From Myxococcota bacterium (GTDB lineage Bacteria > Myxococcota > XYA12-FULL-58-9 > JALHOP01): 38,077 nucleotides of DNA. Below the pieces are notes generated by a model. The model had not been told where the DNA came from, searched no databases, and saw only the letters and a program-made list of their open reading frames with translations. This document shows, piece by piece, positions 17,587 to 25,871 of this stretch; position 1 is the first letter of the stretch, and every line of letters begins with the position of its first letter. Made by a program: the position numbers and the translations under genes. Location of the stretch: NCBI GenBank assembly GCA_041288095.1, contig JBGGMJ010000152.1, positions 1 to 38,077 on the forward strand, written 5' to 3'.

Positions 17587-20500
17587 CTAGTCGAGGCCGG
17601 TGAAGAAGTATTCGTCGGTGCCGACGCAAGCCGGTACCGCCCGCGTGTCGCCGTCCATGTCTTTCGGTGATCCGTTACAGAGTTGCTGGTGGTTGGGGCC
17701 GCAGAACGGCTGCGTTGCATCGATGCCCATGGTGAAACCGGCGCTCGCGAAGAGGTGCCAATCGTTGTCCGCCATCGCGTACGACGTGTCATCGGGACCA
17801 CCGAAGCTCGCGAAGATGGCGTCGGGCACCGCGCCGAGCTCGTTGAAGTTACCGGAGAACTGGGGTCCGCCAGGCGCGTTGAGCGACGGGAACATCGCGT
17901 TCGTGCGCGTCTGGTAGATATCGACGGGCACCGCGTTCTGCTCGCCGATGTAGTTGTGCTGGATCGACGCGACGCCGAAGCTCGCTTCGCCTTCGCGGAC
18001 GGCACAAACTCCGACGCCGATGCCGCAGGTCGCGAAATCGCCGATGACGAGGTTGTTCGTGAAGGTATAGGTCCCGTTGCCGCCGAAATAGAGCGCTTCG
18101 GTGGTGCCGGAGAGCGCGACGTAGATGCTGTTGTGGACGATCGAGACGTTGCCAGGCGCGAAACCACCACGGATCCCGGATCGTGCACCGGCCGCGGCGC
18201 CCCCGGTGTGAATCCAGTTGTCGCGAATCACCACCTGGCCGACGTCGCCGATATCCACGACGCCACCATCCGCGATAGCGAACGAGGCAACGGGTCCGAC
18301 CAAGCGATTGTTCTCGATCCAGGCGTAGGTGCTGCCGGGGCTGCCCGAGATCGTGATCGCCCACTCTTGGCTCGTGCCGTCGACGACGTCCGCGGCCTCG
18401 ATGATGAAGCCGTCGACGACGGCGTAGGCGCTGACACCGATGTCGATGGTGCCGGGAGAGGAGGCAGCGGTCGGGCCCTTGAGCGTGGTGGCGTAGAGCT
18501 GTGGGTCGCGCTGTAGCGGATCGAAGCTGCTCTCGTAGCCGCCGAGGAGCTTCACCGTCTTGGTGATGGTGATGGCCTCGCCGCTGTAGTCACCGGCCGC
18601 CACGTGAACTTCACCGCCGACGTTGACGGCGTCGAGGGCTGCTTGAACCGAGCCGACGGGATTCTGGAAGTCGCAGGGGTCGACGCCGCTGGCGCCGGCT
18701 TGCACGTACGTTGTTGGACAACCGCCGGCGTTGATGAAGACCGCCGAGGTGCCGGCGCCGTTGACCTCGAGGACGGGCGGGTTCACCTGAAACGAGATGG
18801 TCGCCCCCGTCGTGCCACCGTCAATCGTGAGACCAGGATAGGTGAGCAGGTTGCCCACGTAGACTGGCGTGATGCCTAGGAGGTTGCGGCCAGGCGCGTC
18901 GCCGAGAAGAACGTCCACGACGGTGCCGCGCGGATCAGCCGCGTTGCCGTAGCTATCGGAGAGCTGCACCGTGACGCTGAAAGGTTGATTGGCGATGGCG
19001 GCCGGTGGCGGCTGTTGCACGACGCTAATGGCGTACGGACTCCCGGCGCTGACCGGCAGCGGCGCGCTCTGGCCAAAGTGAGCGGCGGCGTAATCGGCCT
19101 TGATGACCCAGGTGCCGGCGAGCGTGCAGTAGATCTGCTGCGTGAGCACGCCGCTCATCGTGTAGTCGATGTTGAAGAGGCCATTGCAGCCGCCGTCGCT
19201 GAAGACGGTGACCACGCCTTCGAACGTAGTGGCTACGTTGCTCGCGGCGTCCACGGCACGCACGGTCACGTCGAAGTTTTCGCCGGCCTGCACCCCGAGG
19301 GTCGCGAGAATGACCTCGAAGTGGTCGAGCGTCCCAGCGTCGGCGATAGTGACGTTCACCGGATCGGAATCGAAGGTGCCGTCGCCGGCGACGACCACGC
19401 GCGCGCCGATCGTGCCGAACTGAGCGGCGAAGTCGAAGACACCGTTGTCACCGGCGCTGAAGGCATGCGCCCCGCTATAGGTGAAGTCACCCGTGGGCGT
19501 TTCGTTGAGGCTCACCGTGCCGCGATAACCGACAGCGACGTTGTCCCACGTGTCGCGCGCGATGACCCGGAAGACGATGTTCTGGCCAACGATGTAGTTG
19601 CTGGCTGTGGTGCTCAAATCGAGCCGCACGGTCGACGACGGAACGACATCGACCGTGAGCACGCCGAAGATGCCACTGTCGGCGCTCGAGCGCGCGGTCA
19701 GCGTGTGGGTGCCGGCGCTGAACAAAGTGAACGGGGTGGTGCCACCGCCAAAGCCGGCGATCACGGCGGCGGCGGTGCGCGAATCGGTGCTGTCGATGAT
19801 CAGACCGGCTGGCGTCGCCGTCGGGTTCCCGAAGCTGTCGACGCCGACGATGCCGACGTCGAAGGCGATGCCGGCCATCGTGGAAGCTGGCCCGGTCAGC
19901 AGCAGGTGCGTGTTCGGCCCAGGGATGACTTGAATGTTGCGCGTGTCGGTCGTGAGCAATACCCCATCGACGTCCGCTTCAGCGCGCATGAGCAAGGTGC
20001 CGGAGGTGGTGAAGGTCACCCCGTTGAACTGGGCGCTGCCGTTCGCCATGACGACACTGCCGTTACCGAAACCACCGTGGATCGTGGGACTCTCGGCCAC
20101 CAGATTCACGGTGACGTCGCTGCGAGTTACCGGCTGACCGAGCTCGTCGACCAAGCTAACGGTGAAGGGACCGAAGACACCGCCGACGTTGTGCGGGCCC
20201 GGCGGGCCCACCGTGAACACCAAGCTGTTCGAGAGGTTCGCGAGGCTGAGGGTCGACTCACCGCCGAAGGTGACCGCGACGGCACGCGTCGTCGCCAGCG
20301 GGCCGCTGAAGTCGCACGTGTCGACGCCGCCACAGGTGTCCGCTGGAGCGCACGAAAGCGACACGCCGTTGACCGGCAGCACCTGCTCGACCGAGGCGCC
20401 GGGATTCAGGAGAAAGCTGCCCTCGAGCTCCGGCGAGCCGGGGGCGCTGATGGCACACACCGCGGCGTAAGTGTCGTCATTGAGGATGCTGACCGTACCG

Positions 20501-20862
20501 ACACGGCGGACCGGCACCGAGAGCTCCGTCGACGGCGGGCGGATGGCGGCTTCGACGACACCGTGCAGCGCCGGGCGCGCGGCGCTGGTCAAGCCGCGAA
20601 AGCGGACACTGGCTTGCGGGCAGTTGGGAACTTCGGCCTCGAAGGTGCCGTCATCGGCGATGTCGCCGGTCTCGGTGACTCGCGAGCCGTCGACACACAC
20701 AATCGTGAGCTCGAAGCGATCGATGCTGACGCTGTCGACGGTCAGCGCTTGCAGCGTGTCGCCGAGCGAGACGCGCAGGGTCGACTTGTCACCGGATGAA
20801 TTACAGGCGGAGAACGCGAACGCCGTGACCGCGATGGCCAACAGACGATGGCTTGGGGGCAT
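17587..20862 (-). CDS. Large surface lipoprotein A: Ig-like repeats plus C-terminal right-handed beta-helix
   Basis: Lipobox AFSA-C, repeated beta-sandwich motifs (D-x-x-G/D-N; AG(E/Q)xFxVTVxAxD), YVQAGASG...SVQAALD...VHVAAGDY...LLGGY, I.HNSI/F.NNLV coils, C-terminal DWHL...DMDGDTR...VGTDEY. Confidence 0.75.
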   Translation of the reverse strand: MPPSHRLLAIAVTAFAFSACNSSGDKSTLRVSLGDTLQALTVDSVSIDRFELTIVCVDGSRVTETGDIADDGTFEAEVPNCPQASVRFRGLTSAARPALHGVVEAAIRPPSTELSVPVRRVGTVSILNDDTYAAVCAISAPGSPELEGSFLLNPGASVEQVLPVNGVSLSCAPADTCGGVDTCDFSGPLATTRAVAVTFGGESTLSLANLSNSLVFTVGPPGPHNVGGVFGPFTVSLVDELGQPVTRSDVTVNLVAESPTIHGGFGNGSVVMANGSAQFNGVTFTTSGTLLMRAEADVDGVLLTTDTRNIQVIPGPNTHLLLTGPASTMAGIAFDVGIVGVDSFGNPTATPAGLIIDSTDSRTAAAVIAGFGGGTTPFTLFSAGTHTLTARSSADSGIFGVLTVDVVPSSTVRLDLSTTASNYIVGQNIVFRVIARDTWDNVAVGYRGTVSLNETPTGDFTYSGAHAFSAGDNGVFDFAAQFGTIGARVVVAGDGTFDSDPVNVTIADAGTLDHFEVILATLGVQAGENFDVTVRAVDAASNVATTFEGVVTVFSDGGCNGLFNIDYTMSGVLTQQIYCTLAGTWVIKADYAAAHFGQSAPLPVSAGSPYAISVVQQPPPAAIANQPFSVTVQLSDSYGNAADPRGTVVDVLLGDAPGRNLLGITPVYVGNLLTYPGLTIDGGTTGATISFQVNPPVLEVNGAGTSAVFINAGGCPTTYVQAGASGVDPCDFQNPVGSVQAALDAVNVGGEVHVAAGDYSGEAITITKTVKLLGGYESSFDPLQRDPQLYATTLKGPTAASSPGTIDIGVSAYAVVDGFIIEAADVVDGTSQEWAITISGSPGSTYAWIENNRLVGPVASFAIADGGVVDIGDVGQVVIRDNWIHTGGAAAGARSGIRGGFAPGNVSIVHNSIYVALSGTTEALYFGGNGTYTFTNNLVIGDFATCGIGVGVCAVREGEASFGVASIQHNYIGEQNAVPVDIYQTRTNAMFPSLNAPGGPQFSGNFNELGAVPDAIFASFGGPDDTSYAMADNDWHLFASAGFTMGIDATQPFCGPNHQQLCNGSPKDMDGDTRAVPACVGTDEYFFTGLD

Positions 20863-20929
20863 GGGGCGCAGCATGCCACGACTCAGTGGCCGGCGCCCGT
20901 GACCGGCATCACTGGAGGGGCATGTGGGT

Positions 20930-23900
20930 CTAACCGCCGGCGCTGACCGACCCGTACTCGTCGGCTCCTGGTGAGGAAGTCGCGGAGCGTCCGCCGCCGT
21001 CGATGTCGAGGATGCTACCGCGGCAGGGCTCGTTGGGGGTCGGATCCGAGAGGCCACACAACGCTTGGGTCGCGTCGAAGCTGGTGCGGCCGACATCGGC
21101 GGCGAGGTGCCAGTCGTTGTCCGCCATGGTGAGCAGGTCGTCGTCACCACCGTCGGCGTCGACGACGGCCGCGCCGAGGCTCTGATTGAACAACGTGACG
21201 TTGCCCTCGAAGCTGTCGGTTACCGGACCGTCGAGACTGCTGTACTGCTGCGAGCCGACGCCTATGTAGGTGTAGGTGGCTGCAACGCTGTTGGTGCCGA
21301 GCACGTAGTTGTAGAGCGACGAGCGCAGCGCCGTGGACGACGCCTCGACGACCGCGCAGACCCCACCGCTCGACGAGCAGCTCGCGAAGTTGCCGACCAC
21401 GACGTTCTTGGTGAACGTCGCTTGCGCGGAAGCAGCCCCGAGATAGAGCGCTTCGCTCCGTACGGCGGCGGCGAGCACGATGGTGTTGTGCACGATGTCG
21501 ATGCGAGGCCCGGCTACGCTGTTCACGATACCGGAGCGCGAGCCCAAAATGGTGCCCGAGGGCGCGCCGCCGGCATGAATCCAGTTGTTCGCGAAGAGAA
21601 CATCATTGGCGTCGCGGACGTCGGCCGCACCACCGGGAGAGTTCATGTCGGTGACCGGACCGATCAGCCGACAGTTCTGCACCTTGAGATCGGCGCCGCT
21701 CGCGGCGCGCACCGCCCAACGTGGATCGCCAGGAGTGAACGGGTCGGGAGCGCGAACGACGATGCCGTCGAGGGTGACATCCGCCGCGCTGGCGGACTCG
21801 ACGCCAATCTGCGCCATCGAGCTGGGAGCGATCACCGTCGGGTAGGCGAAGGCATCGCGCGTACCGAAGCCGGTTGCGTAACCTCCCTCTAGGGTCACTC
21901 GCTTTGCCGTGATGTGGACGGGGTTCGAATAGACCCCGCCCTCGATGCGCACCAGTCCGCCATCGTCGACCTTACCGACGCCGAACGGAATGTCCGCGAT
22001 CGCGGCGCCCGGCGAGCACCCATCCGTGCCCGAGCCGCTCGTCGAAACGTAGACGATGGGACAGCTACCGCCGGGGATCACATCGAAGGGAATGCTCGTC
22101 GCGATGCCGCCCGGGACCCCGGCGTCGACGGTCAACGACACCCCCGTGGATGGCGCGTCGATAGACATGCCGCCGAAGGTTCCGATCAAGCCGTTGACGC
22201 TCGGTCCAACCGGCACGTTCTGCAAGTTGAGCCCCGCCGTGCTCAGACCGAGCGCATAGGTGAAGCCGCTGGGATCGATCGGATTGCCGTAGAAGTCGGT
22301 AACCTGAAGGTCGATGCCGAAGAGCTCGCCCACGACGAGCGGCGACGGAATCGTCGAGAGGATGACGACGTAGTGCGCGGTGGTCGGCGTGACATTGACC
22401 GACGAGCTGACACCGCTGATGCCCATATAGTCGATGTTGACCGTGTGATCTCCCGCGACCGTCATGGTGCAGCTCGCGGAGCCGCTGCCGTTCATGATGT
22501 TCACGGTCTGGCTGCATCCACCGCTGCTCGTCATGAAGACGAGGTTGTTGTAGCTGCCGACGACTGCATCACCCGCGTCGCGCGCGCTGACGTTCACGGT
22601 GACGCTGCTGCCGGCGACGATCATCGGCGGCGAGACCTGCACCACGAAGTGGTCGATGGTCCCGGCGTTCACGATGTCGAGAGTGAGGCCGGGGGAGGTC
22701 AGACCCGCGACATCGGTGGCGCTCAAGACCACCTGGCCGAGGGCACCGAAGACGACCGACGTGAAGACGAAGGTCCCCGCGTCACCGGCGGTGAACACGT
22801 GCGACCCCGGATAGCTGAAGCCAGTGGCGGGCGACGCCAGTAGCGAGACGTCGCCACGATATTCCGGGTCGATGTTGTTCCAGTCATCACGCGCGCGCAC
22901 CGTAAATGCCGCCGCTTGACCGACGATGAAGCTCGACGGACCGCCGCTCGTGAGCTCGAGCTTGGTCGCTGCCGCGGCGTCGACGTCGACTTGCGCGGTG
23001 CCGATGACCGACGGCAGCTGCACCATGCGCGCGGTGAGCGTGTGCGTTCCAGCGGTGTAGTGCGTGAAAGGCAGCACACCCGCCCCGACGTCGATGAAGC
23101 GCGCCGGCGAGGTTTGCAGATCGTTGCTAGAGAGGCCGATGTCGCTCGGCAACACCGTGGGATTGCCGAAGCTGTCCGCCGCCGTGATCGTGAAATCGGC
23201 CGCGACGCCCGCGGTAACGCTCGGCGGGCCGCTGACCCGGAGCTGCCCGACCAAACCGGCAAGAACGGAGACGGTGCGGCTCTCGGTGACGAGGAGCACG
23301 CCATCCACCGCCGCCTGCGCGTGGAAGGTGAGCGAGCCCGCGGTAGTGAACCGAGCGTTGGTGAAGCGAGCCACTCCGTTCGCCAGCGTGACCTGCGCTC
23401 CACTGAAGCCGCCAAACGTCGTCGCGGTTTCGGGCACGAGCACGACGTCGACGTCGCCGCGGGTGATGGCCTGGTTGCGCTCGTCGACCAGGGTCACCTC
23501 GAACGGGCCGAAGGCGGGACCGGCGGTCACCGGGCTCGGAGGTCCGATGTTGAAGATCAGGCCGTTCGAGAGATTAGCCAGGCTAAGCGTCGCCGAAGCG
23601 GCGAAGGGCACCGCGACGGCGCGGGTGGTCGCTAGCGGTCCATTGAAGTTGCAGGTGTCGACGCCACCGCACGTGTCCGCTGGAGCGCACGACAGGCTCA
23701 CACCGCTCACCGGCAAGACCAGCGCGGTCGAGGCGCCAGGGTCGAGCACGAACGCGGTCTCGAGCTCGGGGGCGGTGGGCACTCGCACCGCGCACACGGC
23801 AGTGTAGGTGTCGTCGTTGACGAAGCTCACGGTGCCGACGCGGCGCACCGGAATGGTCACGTCGGTGGACGGCGAGCGGATGGCGACGTCGGTACGACCG

Positions 23901-24193
23901 TCGAGCGCTGGATTGTCGCCGGCGGTGAGCCCGCGAAAATGGATCGTGGCCAGCGGGCAGCGCGGCACGTCCACTTCAAAGGCCCCGTCGGCGCCGACAT
24001 CGCCGCGCTCCGTGGTCTCGCTCCCGTCGAAACAGGAAACGGTGAGCACGAAGCGCGTGATGTCGACGCCTTCCAGCGCCAGGGCACCGGCGGAGGAGCC
24101 CAAGGACACTGAGAGGCGTGCGTGGTCACCATTCGCATTGCACGCGGTGACCAGAAGCACAGAAACGACCGCCAGTCGGCGTGCGACCACCAT
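20930..24193 (-). CDS. Large surface lipoprotein B, tandem paralog of 17587-20862
   Basis: Lipobox LVTA-C, collinear with lipoprotein A (SLSCAPADTCGGVDTC, NLSN, NNWIH, MADNDWHL, GADEY). Confidence 0.78.
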   Translation of the reverse strand: MVVARRLAVVSVLLVTACNANGDHARLSVSLGSSAGALALEGVDITRFVLTVSCFDGSETTERGDVGADGAFEVDVPRCPLATIHFRGLTAGDNPALDGRTDVAIRSPSTDVTIPVRRVGTVSFVNDDTYTAVCAVRVPTAPELETAFVLDPGASTALVLPVSGVSLSCAPADTCGGVDTCNFNGPLATTRAVAVPFAASATLSLANLSNGLIFNIGPPSPVTAGPAFGPFEVTLVDERNQAITRGDVDVVLVPETATTFGGFSGAQVTLANGVARFTNARFTTAGSLTFHAQAAVDGVLLVTESRTVSVLAGLVGQLRVSGPPSVTAGVAADFTITAADSFGNPTVLPSDIGLSSNDLQTSPARFIDVGAGVLPFTHYTAGTHTLTARMVQLPSVIGTAQVDVDAAAATKLELTSGGPSSFIVGQAAAFTVRARDDWNNIDPEYRGDVSLLASPATGFSYPGSHVFTAGDAGTFVFTSVVFGALGQVVLSATDVAGLTSPGLTLDIVNAGTIDHFVVQVSPPMIVAGSSVTVNVSARDAGDAVVGSYNNLVFMTSSGGCSQTVNIMNGSGSASCTMTVAGDHTVNIDYMGISGVSSSVNVTPTTAHYVVILSTIPSPLVVGELFGIDLQVTDFYGNPIDPSGFTYALGLSTAGLNLQNVPVGPSVNGLIGTFGGMSIDAPSTGVSLTVDAGVPGGIATSIPFDVIPGGSCPIVYVSTSGSGTDGCSPGAAIADIPFGVGKVDDGGLVRIEGGVYSNPVHITAKRVTLEGGYATGFGTRDAFAYPTVIAPSSMAQIGVESASAADVTLDGIVVRAPDPFTPGDPRWAVRAASGADLKVQNCRLIGPVTDMNSPGGAADVRDANDVLFANNWIHAGGAPSGTILGSRSGIVNSVAGPRIDIVHNTIVLAAAVRSEALYLGAASAQATFTKNVVVGNFASCSSSGGVCAVVEASSTALRSSLYNYVLGTNSVAATYTYIGVGSQQYSSLDGPVTDSFEGNVTLFNQSLGAAVVDADGGDDDLLTMADNDWHLAADVGRTSFDATQALCGLSDPTPNEPCRGSILDIDGGGRSATSSPGADEYGSVSAGG

Positions 24194-24207
24194 TGCGGCA
24201 GTCTGCC

Positions 24208-24346
24208 ACGAGCACCATGGGGATGCTCGTTACTGGCGGGAGGCGGGACCCGAGTCAGGTTTCTCGAGGCGCGCTCGCTTGGGAGACCGAGCGCGCCCCG
24301 AGAGACTGATGATGCATGCGCCTTTCGGCGCCGGGCTCATGGCATC
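24208..24346. other. Structured intergenic region (three hairpins)
   Basis: ACGAGCA-N9-TGCTCGT (24208-24230); a ~22-bp imperfect stem 24255-24309; GCGCC-GAAA-GGCGC on minus (24318-24331) inside an outer GATGC/GCATC stem (24311-24346). Confidence 0.5.
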
Positions 24347-24371
24347 TTGGTGGTGGGTGCTTTGTCGATAG

Positions 24372-25727
24372 TTACTTTCCGAAGCGCTCGACCAGCAGCT
24401 TCGCAGCGGCTTCGAGACGAATGTCGCCGGCGCCTTCGCGGTTCGCCGGAACGCTTGGGTTGTCACGAGCCGAGTCGCGCAAGACCTTCTCGAACTCGCC
24501 GCTCTTCACGAGCTCGCGCGGATCGACCTTGAACTTGCCGGCCTTGAACAGCTCCCAGGCCTTACCGAGCAAGCACGCGGCGGCGCCGGCGGTGACCGGA
24601 GTGGCCATCGAGGTGCCCGACATCTTGCCTTCTTTGTTGCCCGGCAGAGTCGAGACCTGATTGACACCGTCCGCCGAAACGGATGGCTTGTTGGCCGACG
24701 AGTAACCCGACGAGAAGTTGGCGATGGTGTCATCACCCTCTTCGGTCGTGCCCTTGTGATCGGTCGCGCCGACCGTGGTGGCGAGCTTGGCGCGGCCCGG
24801 ATCGCTCTCGGCGACGCCGGGGCCCGAGTTGCCGGCCGCGATGGCGAAGAAGATGCCATGGTTCTTGATGGCATCGTTGATCAGCTTGTTCATCGGCAGC
24901 GCATCGGGATCGCCCGAAGCGCGCGCGCCGAGGGACATGCTGCAGACCGCCGGACCGTCGTGGGTCTTGGCCCACTCGATGGCGCGCTCGATGCCCTTCA
25001 TGACGTCGGCCAAGGTGCCCGAGCCGCGGTCGTCGAGGACCTTCGTGCCCTGGAGAGTGGCCTTGGGCGCCATGCCGCGGATGCCGCCGGCCGCGAGATC
25101 GCCGCGAGCAGTCGCGCTGCCCGAGCAATGCGTGCCGTGACCGTGGCCGTCGCTCGCCGGATCTTCCGGCTGCGCGGTCTTCACGTCGTCGAACTTGGCC
25201 GGCTTCATGAGGCTGTCGTGAGCGCCGATGCCGGTGTCGATGATGGTGACGGTGACGCCTTCGCCTTCCCAACCGGCTTCCTTCGCTTGCAGCGCGGTGG
25301 CCTGGTGGACATCACGGAAGAGGCTGGTGCGCGGAGCTTCGAGCGACGCAGTGGCCTCGGGGGGCGGACCAACGTCGACCTTCTTGTTCGGATAGACGCC
25401 GACGCCACCGGCGCGGAGCGCGGCGACTTCAGTCGAGGTCAGCTCGAGGACGCGCCAACCGTTGCCCTGCTGCAGGTTCGGGTTGAAGGGGCGGAAGCCC
25501 AAGCGGCTGCCGAGCATCACGCGAGCGGCCATCGACTCGATGACGATGTACTGCGCCTTGTCCGCGGCGAAGTTCTTCACCATCGGCGACTTGCGGATGG
25601 CGGCCGCGTCGGTCTTCGAGAGGCCTTGGGCGCGGACGGGGGTTGCGCCTTGCGCGCTCATGGCGCCCGAAATGGGCATAGAGGTACGTACTTGCGGGCG
25701 TCCGGCCCGCGAAATCGCGTCGGTCAT
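24372..25727 (-). CDS. S8 subtilisin-family serine protease with I9-like propeptide, no Sec signal
   Basis: Catalytic triad IIDTG, HGTHCSG, SGTSMATP; oxyanion motif AAGNSG. GGAG lies 9 nt before ATG 25727. Confidence 0.92.
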   Translation of the reverse strand: MTDAISRAGRPQVRTSMPISGAMSAQGATPVRAQGLSKTDAAAIRKSPMVKNFAADKAQYIVIESMAARVMLGSRLGFRPFNPNLQQGNGWRVLELTSTEVAALRAGGVGVYPNKKVDVGPPPEATASLEAPRTSLFRDVHQATALQAKEAGWEGEGVTVTIIDTGIGAHDSLMKPAKFDDVKTAQPEDPASDGHGHGTHCSGSATARGDLAAGGIRGMAPKATLQGTKVLDDRGSGTLADVMKGIERAIEWAKTHDGPAVCSMSLGARASGDPDALPMNKLINDAIKNHGIFFAIAAGNSGPGVAESDPGRAKLATTVGATDHKGTTEEGDDTIANFSSGYSSANKPSVSADGVNQVSTLPGNKEGKMSGTSMATPVTAGAAACLLGKAWELFKAGKFKVDPRELVKSGEFEKVLRDSARDNPSVPANREGAGDIRLEAAAKLLVERFGK

Positions 25728-25793
25728 AACTGGTGGCTCCGTGGATTTGAAACGCTGTGTGCTCAGGACGAGCACGGGAGACTGGAGCCTCCT

Positions 25794-25820
25794 ACATCGG
25801 CAACCGTCCTAAACCGTTGC
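25794..25820 (-). promoter_or_regulatory. Sigma28-like promoter candidate
   Basis: GCAAC-N14-GCCGATGT on the minus strand upstream of the subtilase. Confidence 0.35.
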
Positions 25821-25871
25821 GGCATTCGTCACGAAACTGTCGCTGCCAAGATGCAGTCGATCGCGCGCTGA

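Noticed and set aside
24306..24346. Hammerhead core (CUGAUGA at 24306) or group II intron domain V look-alike (GAGCCCGGCGCCGAAAGGCGCAUG on minus)
   Set aside because: No correctly placed GAAA and stems for a hammerhead, and the GAGCC arm has no complementary 3' GGUUC as domain V requires.
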